From: Treponemataceae bacterium | GTDB taxonomy: Bacteria; Spirochaetota; Spirochaetia; Treponematales; Rectinemataceae | Direction: 5' to 3' | Length of the DNA: 64,000 nt | Assembly: GCA_963667725.2 (NCBI GenBank) | Contig: CAXXHO010000003.1 | Location: 1,952,001 to 2,016,000, forward strand | Shown: positions 7,615 through 16,333 of the stretch, piece by piece | Position numbering within the stretch: the stretch's first letter is position 1 | Layout of the letters: every line of letters begins with the position of its first letter | Notes under the pieces: generated by a model | What the model saw: the letters and a program-made list of their open reading frames with translations, nothing else | What the model was told of the DNA's origin: nothing | Database searches by the model: none | Program-made: the position numbers and the translations under genes

Positions 7615-8817
7615 TTATTCGGGCAGTTCCTCGATCACCTTCCAGCGGCCTTCGGAATACTTGAACCGCTCGGCCTTCATGTCCAGGACGCGGCCGTCCT
7701 CTCCCGCCATCTTGACCGTGCCCGAGAGGGCATTCACTTCCACGACCTTGAAAAGCGTCCCGTCGTAGATGAACTTGACGCCCTCCTGGGGCAATTCGCG
7801 CCTGGCATCCTTGTAGAACTGGAATTCATAGCTCAGGCAGCAGAGAAGGCGGCCGCAGGGACCGGATATTTTGAGAGAGTTGAGCGAAAGATTCTGGTCT
7901 TTCGCCATCTTGATCGACACGGGATTGAGCCGGTCCGAGATGCCATGGCAGCAAAGGACGCGGCCGCAGACGCCGCAGCCTCCCGTGACTCGCGCCTCGT
8001 CGCGGACGCCGATCTGGCGCAGCTCGATACGCATCTTGAACAGCGACACGAGATCCTTGACCAATTCCCTGAAATCGACGCGGGACTCGGCGGTGAAATA
8101 GAAGAGGATCTTGGGCTCGTCGAGGAGATAATGGGCCGAGACAAGCTTCATGGGAAGGTTGCGCGCCCATATCTTGTCCCTGCAGAGCTCGTAGGCGTGT
8201 TTTTCCTTTTCCTTGTTGTCCTTGAGTTTGCGGAGATCGTCGATTCCGGCGGGTCGCTCTATGAGAACGATTTCGTCGGGATTGATGAAGGCGGTATCGG
8301 TCGCCAAGCCCTGGACTTCGACCACATCCCTGCCGTATTTCGTCGGCGCGATCACGAGAGCCCTGGCCGGGATATGCCGAACGGCCTCCGGCGCAGCTTT
8401 AGACGCGGCTTCAGACGCGGCTTCCGGTTTAGCCTCTGGCATGACCACCGGTTCGACCTCCGGTTCAGCTTCCTGGACGACTTCCGGTATGGCAGCAGCC
8501 ATAGCCTCAGCGGAAGCTTCCGCGGGAGCGATCACCGTACTCGGTTCCGGGTCAGCAAAGGGCCCCTCGAGCATCGCTTCGAGTTCGCGCTCCGTGCGGA
8601 AATTCGGCCACTCCGTTCCCGCCGCGACATAATAGCCGTAGGAAGTCTCGCTGGAATGGATGGTCTTCAGCCTATAGAGAACTTCCGGCAACTCATCCAG
8701 GCTCTTGGCGCGTATTCTGGGAGCGACTTCCTGCATCTCGGATTCGAACATCTCGTAGTCTTCCGCGTGCCCATTATTATTATTGTTTGTATGGTTGCCG
8801 TTATGGTGATTGGACAT
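7615..8817 (-). CDS. ricT: PSP1-domain / RicT (YaaT)-family Fe-S protein
   Basis: FYFTAESRVDFRELVKDL, RIELRQIGVRDE, GCGVCGRVLCC, SGPCGRLLCCLSYE. Start set at ATG 8817 (AAGGAG upstream). Confidence 0.88.
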   Translation of the reverse strand: MSNHHNGNHTNNNNNGHAEDYEMFESEMQEVAPRIRAKSLDELPEVLYRLKTIHSSETSYGYYVAAGTEWPNFRTERELEAMLEGPFADPEPSTVIAPAEASAEAMAAAIPEVVQEAEPEVEPVVMPEAKPEAASEAASKAAPEAVRHIPARALVIAPTKYGRDVVEVQGLATDTAFINPDEIVLIERPAGIDDLRKLKDNKEKEKHAYELCRDKIWARNLPMKLVSAHYLLDEPKILFYFTAESRVDFRELVKDLVSLFKMRIELRQIGVRDEARVTGGCGVCGRVLCCHGISDRLNPVSIKMAKDQNLSLNSLKISGPCGRLLCCLSYEFQFYKDARRELPQEGVKFIYDGTLFKVVEVNALSGTVKMAGEDGRVLDMKAERFKYSEGRWKVIEELPE

Positions 8818-8923
8818 AAATTCGTCTCCTTGGGATCCATGGCGAAACGTCGATGCCATAGTCTAAACGTCATCATACTATCATGAAAAGTCGGGAATTA
8901 AAACCGCGTCGAAAACAGGCGCT

Positions 8924-9313
8924 TCACCCGGCATTTTCCGGTTCAACAGCGCCCAGGACGCTGCCCAGAAAAAGCGCTCCGTCTTCCAGCATGAAGCCAG
9001 GCGATTGTATGTCGGCCTTTACCTGGGCGGTGGAAGCCAGGCGCACCGATTTTCTCCCTTTGATCAAGCCGGAGACCTTTCCCGCCACGATAATGTCATC
9101 AGCCTCGATCTCGGCCTCAGCCTTGGCGCCTTCGGCTATCACCAGTGCGCCTGTGGCGGAGAGCTTCCCGACGCATTCGCCTTCGAGGCGGAGCAGGCCT
9201 ACGCAGGAGAGGCTCCCCTCGAGACGGGAACCTTTCCCGATTACGCATGCTGAAATGCCGGATTTGCCGGACGATACAACTGCCTTGACCTTTTTCAAAG
9301 GATTTTTTTTCAT
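8924..9313 (-). CDS. Bactofilin (polymer-forming cytoskeletal protein)
   Basis: VIGKGSRLEGSL..LRLEG..LVIAEGAKAEAEIEAD.IIVAGKVSG beta-helix pattern; overlaps the M23 stop. Confidence 0.88.
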   Translation of the reverse strand: MKKNPLKKVKAVVSSGKSGISACVIGKGSRLEGSLSCVGLLRLEGECVGKLSATGALVIAEGAKAEAEIEADDIIVAGKVSGLIKGRKSVRLASTAQVKADIQSPGFMLEDGALFLGSVLGAVEPENAG

Positions 9314-10356
9314 GGAGCACCCGCCTTTTTGACATTCAGGAAACGCAAGGGATCGATGACACTCGTCCCCAGATGCACTTCGTAATGAAGATGCGGTCCC
9401 GTGGTCTTGCCCGTGTTCCCCAAGGTGCCCAAAACCTGCCCCTGCTCGACTTGCTGCCCCTTTCTCACCTTGAAAGAGCGCATGTGGCCGTATCGCGTAA
9501 GGAATCCATGACTATGCTGTATCGTGACGCAGTTCCCGAGCCCCGCGTCGTAGCTGGCGTCGATTACCTTGCCGTCGGCCGTGGCAATGATGGGATCGCC
9601 TACCCTGAACGTCGATATGTCGATGCCGTTGTGGAGGTACCATTGTCCGCCGGAAAAAGGATTCTCGTTCTGCCCGAAGTACATCGAGATATGGCCGATG
9701 CCGCTCTGTATGGGCCAAATATTGGGAATCTCGGACATGATCTCTTTCTGTCCTGCGATGACCGTCGCTATCTGCTCGAGACCGGGCGCGGACGAATCGA
9801 GATAGTCGGCCAGACCCCGCAGCCGCTCCAGCTCCCTGTACGCCAGCCCGCCCGAATCGGGCATATTGAGAAGCCCCGAAAGACCGGCGGCGCGAAGGGC
9901 ATCCTCGCCCGAAAGATCCGCGCCCGGCTGCCCCTTCTTGCGCGCGGCGATCGACAATAGCTCGGAAAGCCGCGTCTCGAACCTGAGCGCGGAACCCGTC
10001 AGAGCCTCGGCGCTGTCCCGGAGTTCGTCGATCGCCGCGCGGGACAGGGCAAGCTCGTGTTTCGCGCTCTCCAGCATCGCGACAGCGGCGAGATACCGCC
10101 CCGTCGCGAAAACGGAAAAGCCGACAAGCAGCAGAAAGGCCAGGCCAGCCAGTACAAGGACAAAGCGACTCGCCTGGAAGCGCTTCGACGCGGCCTCGGC
10201 ATGAGGCATGACGATAATGCTCGTCCTCTGCCTTGCCCAGGCGAAAAACCGCCGGGGAAGATTGATGAAGGCCTTGAAGAATGCCTTGGTGCCGGCCACA
10301 AGCCTCGCGTAGAAGATTTTTTCCTGTCTCTTGATCTCGCGCAGGCCCTCGAGCAC
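9310..10356 (-). CDS. M23-family peptidoglycan metallopeptidase with an N-terminal TM and coiled coil
   Basis: HNGIDI, TRYGHM, GNTGKTTGPHLHYEV. Confidence 0.92.
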   Translation of the reverse strand: MLEGLREIKRQEKIFYARLVAGTKAFFKAFINLPRRFFAWARQRTSIIVMPHAEAASKRFQASRFVLVLAGLAFLLLVGFSVFATGRYLAAVAMLESAKHELALSRAAIDELRDSAEALTGSALRFETRLSELLSIAARKKGQPGADLSGEDALRAAGLSGLLNMPDSGGLAYRELERLRGLADYLDSSAPGLEQIATVIAGQKEIMSEIPNIWPIQSGIGHISMYFGQNENPFSGGQWYLHNGIDISTFRVGDPIIATADGKVIDASYDAGLGNCVTIQHSHGFLTRYGHMRSFKVRKGQQVEQGQVLGTLGNTGKTTGPHLHYEVHLGTSVIDPLRFLNVKKAGAP

Positions 10357-10524
10357 TCGCCTCTCCTTGCTTTACCCCAATAAAGTGCCTGTACTCTACC
10401 ACCCGCCCGAAGAAAATGTCAAACCGCGACCCCAAATACGGGCTCCACGGCATTTATCAAAGCGGGAAAATTTAGTATATTTTCATTACACGCTTTACAC
10501 TACCCTATCTCCGGAGAGGTCTGT

Positions 10525-12426
10525 ATGTCGAAATACGCATTTAAAACCGAAGTATCCCAACTTCTCGAACTCATCACCCATTCCCTGTACTCGCACAAGG
10601 AAATTTTCCTACGGGAACTCGTCTCCAACGCCTCGGACGCCATAGACAAGCTCCGCTACCTGAGCATCTCGGACGACGCCTACAAATCCATCTCCGTCGA
10701 TCCCAAGATCACCATTTTCGTCGACAACGAAGCCAAGACCATCGTCGTGTCCGACAACGGCGTCGGAATGAACGAGGAAGAGCTGGCGGGCAACCTGGGC
10801 ACCATAGCCCGTTCCGGCACAAAGGCTTTTATCGAAAAACTCTCCGATACTGAACGCAGGAATTCGAACCTCATCGGCCAGTTCGGCGTCGGTTTCTACT
10901 CCGTCTTCATGATTTCGGACAATGTCGAAGTGATAAGCCGCAAGGCGGGCAGCGACGAAGCCTTCTGCTGGTCAAGCACGGGCAAGGGCGAATTCTCCAT
11001 CGAGCCCTCCAAGCGCGATAGCTTCGGCACCGACGTCAAGATCCACGTAAACGAGGACGGCGGCGAATACCTGAGCCGCTGGGCTCTCGACGGCCTCCTC
11101 AAGAAGTACTCCAACCATATCGCCTACCCCATTCATCTCATTTCCCAGGAACCCAAATACGACAAGGACGGCAAGGAAGAGGGCAAGGAATTCAAGGACG
11201 AGCAGACCAACACCGCGAGCGCCCTCTGGCGCAGGCCGAAGTCCGAGCTGGCCGACAAGGACTACATCGATTTCTATAAATCTTTCACGGGCGAGGACGA
11301 CGAACCTCTCATCTGGCTCCATACGAAGGCCGAGGGAACGATCGAGTACAATTCGCTCTTCTATATCCCCTCCAAGGTTCCCGGGGATCTCTACTATCCC
11401 GTAAGCCAACAGGGCATCAAGCTCTATATCAGAAGAGTTTTTATCACCGACAAGGAAACGAACATCCTGCCCCAGTATCTGCGCTTCGTGCGCGGCGTCA
11501 TCGATTCAGACGATCTGCCGCTCAACGTAAGCCGCGAGATTCTTCAGCAGAACAGGGTCATGACGACGATCCAGCAGGCTTCGCTCAAGAAAATCTTCTC
11601 CGAACTTGAGTCACTGGTCAAGAACAATCCCGAGAAGTACAGGAAATTCGCCGACCTCTTCAACACCCAGATCAAGGAAGGCCTCTGCTCCGACTGGCAG
11701 AACCAGAAGACACTCCTCGGCCTCGTGCGCTACAAGAGCACAAGCGTCGAAGGCTGGACAAGCCTCGAAGAGTACAAGGCGAGAGCCGGCGAGCGGAAAG
11801 TCATCTACTACATAACCGGCAACAACGAGGAGCGCCTGCGGGCCAGCCCCCTCCTCGAGGCCTTCGCGGCCAAAGGCATCGAAGTGCTCGTCGGCTCGGA
11901 CGAGATCGACGAGCTCGCCTTCGCCACCCTGGGCCAGTTCGACGGCATGTCCTTCAAGAGCGTGAATCACGCCGACAGCGACGAGGATCTCGGTACGGGC
12001 AAGGAAGGCGCCGACGCGGCCCAGGACGAGGAAGTCGGGAAGAAGGCCGCCGAGGCAGCCAAACGCATTCTCGGCGCAAAGGTCAAGGATGTCCGCCTCT
12101 CTAAGCGCCTGGAGAAAAGCCCCTCCTGCGTCGTCATGGACAAGGACGACCCCACCCTCCAGTACCGGGAGCTGATGAAGAGAATTTCCAACGTGGACAT
12201 GCCCGAATCGGCGCCCATCCTGGAGATCAATCCCGGACACGCCCTCGTGAGAAAGCTGGCCGAGCTCGAGGGAAAGCGCCTGGCGGCCCCGGAAGATGCC
12301 TCCATGGCCCAGGACGCCGAGGACATAGCGAACATTCTCCTCGACCAGGCCCTGCTCGCCGAGGGACACAAGTTCATCAGGCCCGCCGAGTTCATCGAAA
12401 GGCTCAACCGCCAGCTGGCGAAATAA
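10525..12426 (+). CDS. htpG: Molecular chaperone HtpG (Hsp90)
   Basis: SLYSHKEIFLRELVSNASDA, LIGQFGVGFYS, GVIDSDDLPLNVSREILQ, LEINPGH. Confidence 0.98.
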   Translation: MSKYAFKTEVSQLLELITHSLYSHKEIFLRELVSNASDAIDKLRYLSISDDAYKSISVDPKITIFVDNEAKTIVVSDNGVGMNEEELAGNLGTIARSGTKAFIEKLSDTERRNSNLIGQFGVGFYSVFMISDNVEVISRKAGSDEAFCWSSTGKGEFSIEPSKRDSFGTDVKIHVNEDGGEYLSRWALDGLLKKYSNHIAYPIHLISQEPKYDKDGKEEGKEFKDEQTNTASALWRRPKSELADKDYIDFYKSFTGEDDEPLIWLHTKAEGTIEYNSLFYIPSKVPGDLYYPVSQQGIKLYIRRVFITDKETNILPQYLRFVRGVIDSDDLPLNVSREILQQNRVMTTIQQASLKKIFSELESLVKNNPEKYRKFADLFNTQIKEGLCSDWQNQKTLLGLVRYKSTSVEGWTSLEEYKARAGERKVIYYITGNNEERLRASPLLEAFAAKGIEVLVGSDEIDELAFATLGQFDGMSFKSVNHADSDEDLGTGKEGADAAQDEEVGKKAAEAAKRILGAKVKDVRLSKRLEKSPSCVVMDKDDPTLQYRELMKRISNVDMPESAPILEINPGHALVRKLAELEGKRLAAPEDASMAQDAEDIANILLDQALLAEGHKFIRPAEFIERLNRQLAK

Positions 12427-13053
12427 ATGGCAGGATACGACAAGCCCGATTTCTGGTCCATCAAAGCCCGGAAGGAGGGCTACCCGGCCCGCTCCGTGTA
12501 TAAGCTTGAGGAGATGGTCGCTAAGTTCAACCTCATAAAAAAGACAGGATCACAGGATCATGCGGGACAGCCTACAGGACTACGCATCCTGGACATAGGC
12601 GCCGCTCCGGGCTCCTGGAGCCTCTGGATCCTGCGCAACCTGGCGGGCGCGGGGCAGCTCACGGCCGTAGACATCCAGGACCTCGGCATCTCGCCCAAGG
12701 ACGCCAATTTCACCTTCATAAAGGGTAGCATCCTCGACGAGACCGTCCGCGCCCGCCTCCGCGAGACCGGCCCCTACTCCCTCGTCGTCTCGGACGCGGC
12801 ACCCAACACCACGGGCAACCGCCTCGTGGACCAGGGCCGCTCGGAGGAACTTGTCGAATCCGTGATGGGCCTCGCCCTCGAAGTGCTGGCGCCGGGCGGT
12901 TCGCTCGTGATGAAGATATTCCAGGGCGGGGAGGAGAAGCGCCTCATCACCGATCTTAAGACGCGCTTCGACCAGGCGCGCGGCTTCAAGCCTGAGGCAT
13001 GCCGGGCCATATCCTTCGAGACCTATCTCGTGGCGATGGGATTCAAGGGCTGA
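12427..13053 (+). CDS. rlmE: 23S rRNA (uridine-2'-O)-methyltransferase RlmE/FtsJ
   Basis: GYPARSVYKLEE, ILDIGAAPGSWS, VVSDAAPNTTG, LVMKIFQG, KPEACRAISFETY. Confidence 0.93.
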   Translation: MAGYDKPDFWSIKARKEGYPARSVYKLEEMVAKFNLIKKTGSQDHAGQPTGLRILDIGAAPGSWSLWILRNLAGAGQLTAVDIQDLGISPKDANFTFIKGSILDETVRARLRETGPYSLVVSDAAPNTTGNRLVDQGRSEELVESVMGLALEVLAPGGSLVMKIFQGGEEKRLITDLKTRFDQARGFKPEACRAISFETYLVAMGFKG

Positions 13054-13059
13054 CGAAAC

Positions 13060-13581
13060 TCAGCAGGGCAGGTTCTTCAGGTATTCGACCAGTTCTTTCT
13101 TGGAAGGCCGTTTGGCCATGAACGATCGGAACTCTTTTTTTCCGATAAGGCAGGCAATGCCCGAGAGCGCCGAAAGATGATGCTGCACACCCGCCGACAG
13201 GATGAGGAAAAGCGTCGTGACGGGCTTGCCGTCCGGAGCGCCCCAATCGAGCGGCGTATCCAGATAGCCTATAGCCATGATGGCGCTTTCCTCGCTGGCC
13301 GCTTCCTGTTTCCGCGAATGGGGAATGGCGAATCCTTCGCCTATCGCCGTCGTACCCAGACCTTCCCTTTCGATTAGCGCGTTTTTCAGCGCCGTCCGGT
13401 CAACGGACTTGGGCAGGCGCAGCACTTTCGCGAAGGAAGAAATCGCCTCTTCCGCGCTTCCTCCCTGGATGTTGTAATATACGTCGCCATTTTCCATGAG
13501 AGAACAGACAAGGGTTTTTTTGGGAATTCCCGATCCATCGACTTTAGGCGCGTCATCCTTCTGCTCAGCGGATTGCTTCAT
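13060..13581 (-). CDS. PTS EIIA component (fructose/mannitol/Ntr type), stand-alone
   Basis: LIEREGLGTTAIGEGFAIPHSR phospho-His motif; LDWGAPDGKPV. Confidence 0.88.
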   Translation of the reverse strand: MKQSAEQKDDAPKVDGSGIPKKTLVCSLMENGDVYYNIQGGSAEEAISSFAKVLRLPKSVDRTALKNALIEREGLGTTAIGEGFAIPHSRKQEAASEESAIMAIGYLDTPLDWGAPDGKPVTTLFLILSAGVQHHLSALSGIACLIGKKEFRSFMAKRPSKKELVEYLKNLPC

Positions 13582-13692
13582 GGATATTATTCTATAGAGC
13601 GAACGAGGTTTCAGCAAGAGACAGACAGACGCGCCTCATGAAGCCGGTTTGGGGTAGACTGAGTTTTTCAATGCTCGCGCAGAGGGCTTCAG

Positions 13693-14979
13693 CTACCGCT
13701 CCATATCGTAATAGTGAGCCAGGTTCAGTTTTTGGATAAGAATGTCATAGTCGATCTTCTGAGCGTCGATTTTCTCGATGGCAAGGTCGATTCTCGCTAT
13801 CACGAGATCTTCCTCGCTGGCGTATCCCCCATTGTAGAGCCGCTCTGTGATTTGCAAATCCTCTTCGGCGTCGGCTATGTCGAGTTCCTGGATTTTTCTG
13901 TCCAATTCAAGCGCTTTGAGGGTCTCCTTAACCATTCTTATGCCATCCGTGAGTTCATCGCGGGCATCCTCGAGTTTAATCCTGTAAATTGTGGGATACT
14001 CCTCTCGCTTCAGCGCGTCCAGGGAGTTTTGGCCTTTGTTGAGGGCATCATAGGACAACTTGAAGGACAGTCCCCAGCCGATCTCATTCTTCTCCGTGTC
14101 GTAGTTTACGGAAGCGGTGATGCTGGGGTTCGGCAGATAGGGAAAGATCGAAAAAGCCTTTCTCTTGTCCGCTGCGGCGAGGGAAAGCTCAAGGGCGCGT
14201 ATCGCCAAGGTGCTTTCAGGCTCTTTCGCCTCGATCGCCGCAATCCATTGGGCCTGCAGCCGAAGGACATCCTCATAAAGGGCATCGGCGTTCTTTTTGA
14301 CATCGTCATCCAGATTATCCAAGGCGCTGGAAGCGGTGAGTATGGATTTTTGCGCTTCAAAGAGACGCCTGTCCAACTCGCGGAGCGAGGTCGTATCTAT
14401 GGTCGCCTTTCTCACCTTTTCGAGGACCTCGAGATTTTCTTTGTTCGCCTCGAGGAGGCGCCGATAATACATCGCGTTGAGGATGTCCGTAGCGAGCGCC
14501 GTGCGCACGGTATCCTCCGAGCTTTTTATCGCGGCCCGCGCCGTCATGACGTTCGCCTCTGCCTCCATGCGATCCGCGCCCGTTTCCGTGAAAAGCTTGC
14601 GGGTTAGGCTCAAGCTGGGACTCCCCAGGCTAATCGCGCCGGAAGTGGAGGCTTCCAAGGGTACTTTAAGCGACAGATCGGCTCCGAAAAGGTTTTCCAG
14701 GGTCACGGAAGGGATCAGGCTCCCCGCGAAAAACCCATCGCTGCCGATACCCAGAAATTCGTCAGTATACGATGTGCCAGTACTCGTGGCGATGGATACG
14801 GCAGGGATATAAGGCTTCGTATAGTTATTTAGGGCGACCTCGGCGGATTTGAGATCGAGTTTCGACTCGAGGTAGGCCGCGGAAGCGTTCAAGCGGGCTT
14901 TATAGATGTCGTCCCAGCCTTCCGCGGCTGCCGCCCAGGCGCTCAGGGCGAGAATAAGCACTAGGTAAAATCGTCGCAT
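13693..14979 (-). CDS. TolC-like outer membrane efflux protein
   Basis: Signal peptide, alternating helical and beta segments, C-terminal ERLYNGGYASEEDL; last gene of the RND operon. Confidence 0.7.
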   Translation of the reverse strand: MRRFYLVLILALSAWAAAAEGWDDIYKARLNASAAYLESKLDLKSAEVALNNYTKPYIPAVSIATSTGTSYTDEFLGIGSDGFFAGSLIPSVTLENLFGADLSLKVPLEASTSGAISLGSPSLSLTRKLFTETGADRMEAEANVMTARAAIKSSEDTVRTALATDILNAMYYRRLLEANKENLEVLEKVRKATIDTTSLRELDRRLFEAQKSILTASSALDNLDDDVKKNADALYEDVLRLQAQWIAAIEAKEPESTLAIRALELSLAAADKRKAFSIFPYLPNPSITASVNYDTEKNEIGWGLSFKLSYDALNKGQNSLDALKREEYPTIYRIKLEDARDELTDGIRMVKETLKALELDRKIQELDIADAEEDLQITERLYNGGYASEEDLVIARIDLAIEKIDAQKIDYDILIQKLNLAHYYDMER

Positions 14980-14981
14980 AG

Positions 14982-15995
14982 TTAGATTCCTAAAGGGTTT
15001 TCTCCCATTGCGCTCAGGTAGGAGCCGATCGACTTAATGTAGCTCTTTTGAGAGGCGAGCAGGTTCATCCGGGCGGTGAGGACGGCGATCGCCTTTACGT
15101 TTTTATCGCTCAGGGAGATCATACCACTCTCATATTGCCGCAAAGCATCCTGGTACGCGAGTTCCTCGAGGGAATATTCATCCGCCCTTATCTGAAGGAG
15201 GGTGGCCTGATTCTTGAGGGTGGAAAGCGAGCTTTCGTAAGCCCTTCTGGCATCGCTTTCCGCGTTCGACAGGGAAACTTTCGCTTTTTGGTTTTCCGTC
15301 TCTTGGATACGTCTGTCGTAAACCGAAGTGTTCGTCGCGAGGGAGGCGGTCTTGAGCCCCTGGATCTTCTGCGAAAGGAGAGCCATCTCAAGCGTGAGAT
15401 CCTTCGCGATCCAATCCTCCACTTTCGCGTTCGCCTCGAAGGAAGGTATTTCCGGGATGAGGCTTGAGTTCCATTCCAATCCGGTGACGAGGCGGACCTT
15501 ATCTTTGGCGTCCTTCAAGGTCCAGGCCGACAATTCCTGATTGGTCGATGTCGTCTTGTAGGTGATATCGATCTCCTTGAAAATATCTTCGGAAATGAGG
15601 CCGTTCTTATACCGGGATTCGGCGTACTTTTTATCCTCTTCAGCGTTCTGAAGGCTGAACCCGATCGATTCGATGTTGAGTTCGGCAGTCGCCGCGGCGA
15701 ACACCGCGTCGATCACCTCATTGTAGAAGCTCAGAACCGAACTCCTGTAGCCCGCCAAAGCCGATACGTAGGAATACTGCGCGTTGACCCGATCCAGCTC
15801 GACCTTAGCCTCGATCTCGCCCTTGTTCTTCTTGAGCTGCGCAAGTTCGAGATCGATCGTGTAAATAGAATAATCCTGATTCGACTGGGTAGCTGCCGCG
15901 AACAGATCCTTGAGCGATTCCGCGGTCAAAGGGGAGACGGCAGAGATCAGCAAAAGCGCGAACAGCGATCGAAAAACAATGCTTCCAGATTTCAT
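14982..15995 (-). CDS. Second TolC-like outer membrane factor (short, mostly helical)
   Basis: Signal peptide; two OEP-like repeats, SRYKNGLISE and RQYESGMISL. Confidence 0.7.
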   Translation of the reverse strand: MKSGSIVFRSLFALLLISAVSPLTAESLKDLFAAATQSNQDYSIYTIDLELAQLKKNKGEIEAKVELDRVNAQYSYVSALAGYRSSVLSFYNEVIDAVFAAATAELNIESIGFSLQNAEEDKKYAESRYKNGLISEDIFKEIDITYKTTSTNQELSAWTLKDAKDKVRLVTGLEWNSSLIPEIPSFEANAKVEDWIAKDLTLEMALLSQKIQGLKTASLATNTSVYDRRIQETENQKAKVSLSNAESDARRAYESSLSTLKNQATLLQIRADEYSLEELAYQDALRQYESGMISLSDKNVKAIAVLTARMNLLASQKSYIKSIGSYLSAMGENPLGI

Positions 15996-16033
15996 GTTTT
16001 ACTCCTTGCGTGATAATAAAAAGCGATAGACAT

Positions 16034-16333
16034 CTATCGATCCCCGACGAAAGCGTCCGCTTCATACTGGAAAACCTTTATGCCTTCCCTGGGAAAGGCT
16101 TTTTTGACTTCGCTCACCGCCTCATCGATCAGGGAAGCGTCATGTTTGTTTCCAAAGAGGATATAGAGGACGTTCAGCTCCGGCCAGATCGCGGTGCCGT
16201 GGCGGACGCCGCTCCTTCCCCTTCCTTTCACATCCTCGACGAGGGAATAGCTGAAGCCCGGAATACGCTTTTCTATCTCCTCGAAGATATCTTCCTCCAC
16301 GGAACGGTTCGCGTAGATTTCAGTTCGTATCAT
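16034..16333 (-). CDS. PG0541-family transporter-associated (P-II-like) protein
   Basis: EIYANRSVEEDI...VKGRGRSGVRHGTAIWPELN; 99 aa; overlaps the RND permease end. Confidence 0.8.
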   Translation of the reverse strand: MIRTEIYANRSVEEDIFEEIEKRIPGFSYSLVEDVKGRGRSGVRHGTAIWPELNVLYILFGNKHDASLIDEAVSEVKKAFPREGIKVFQYEADAFVGDR

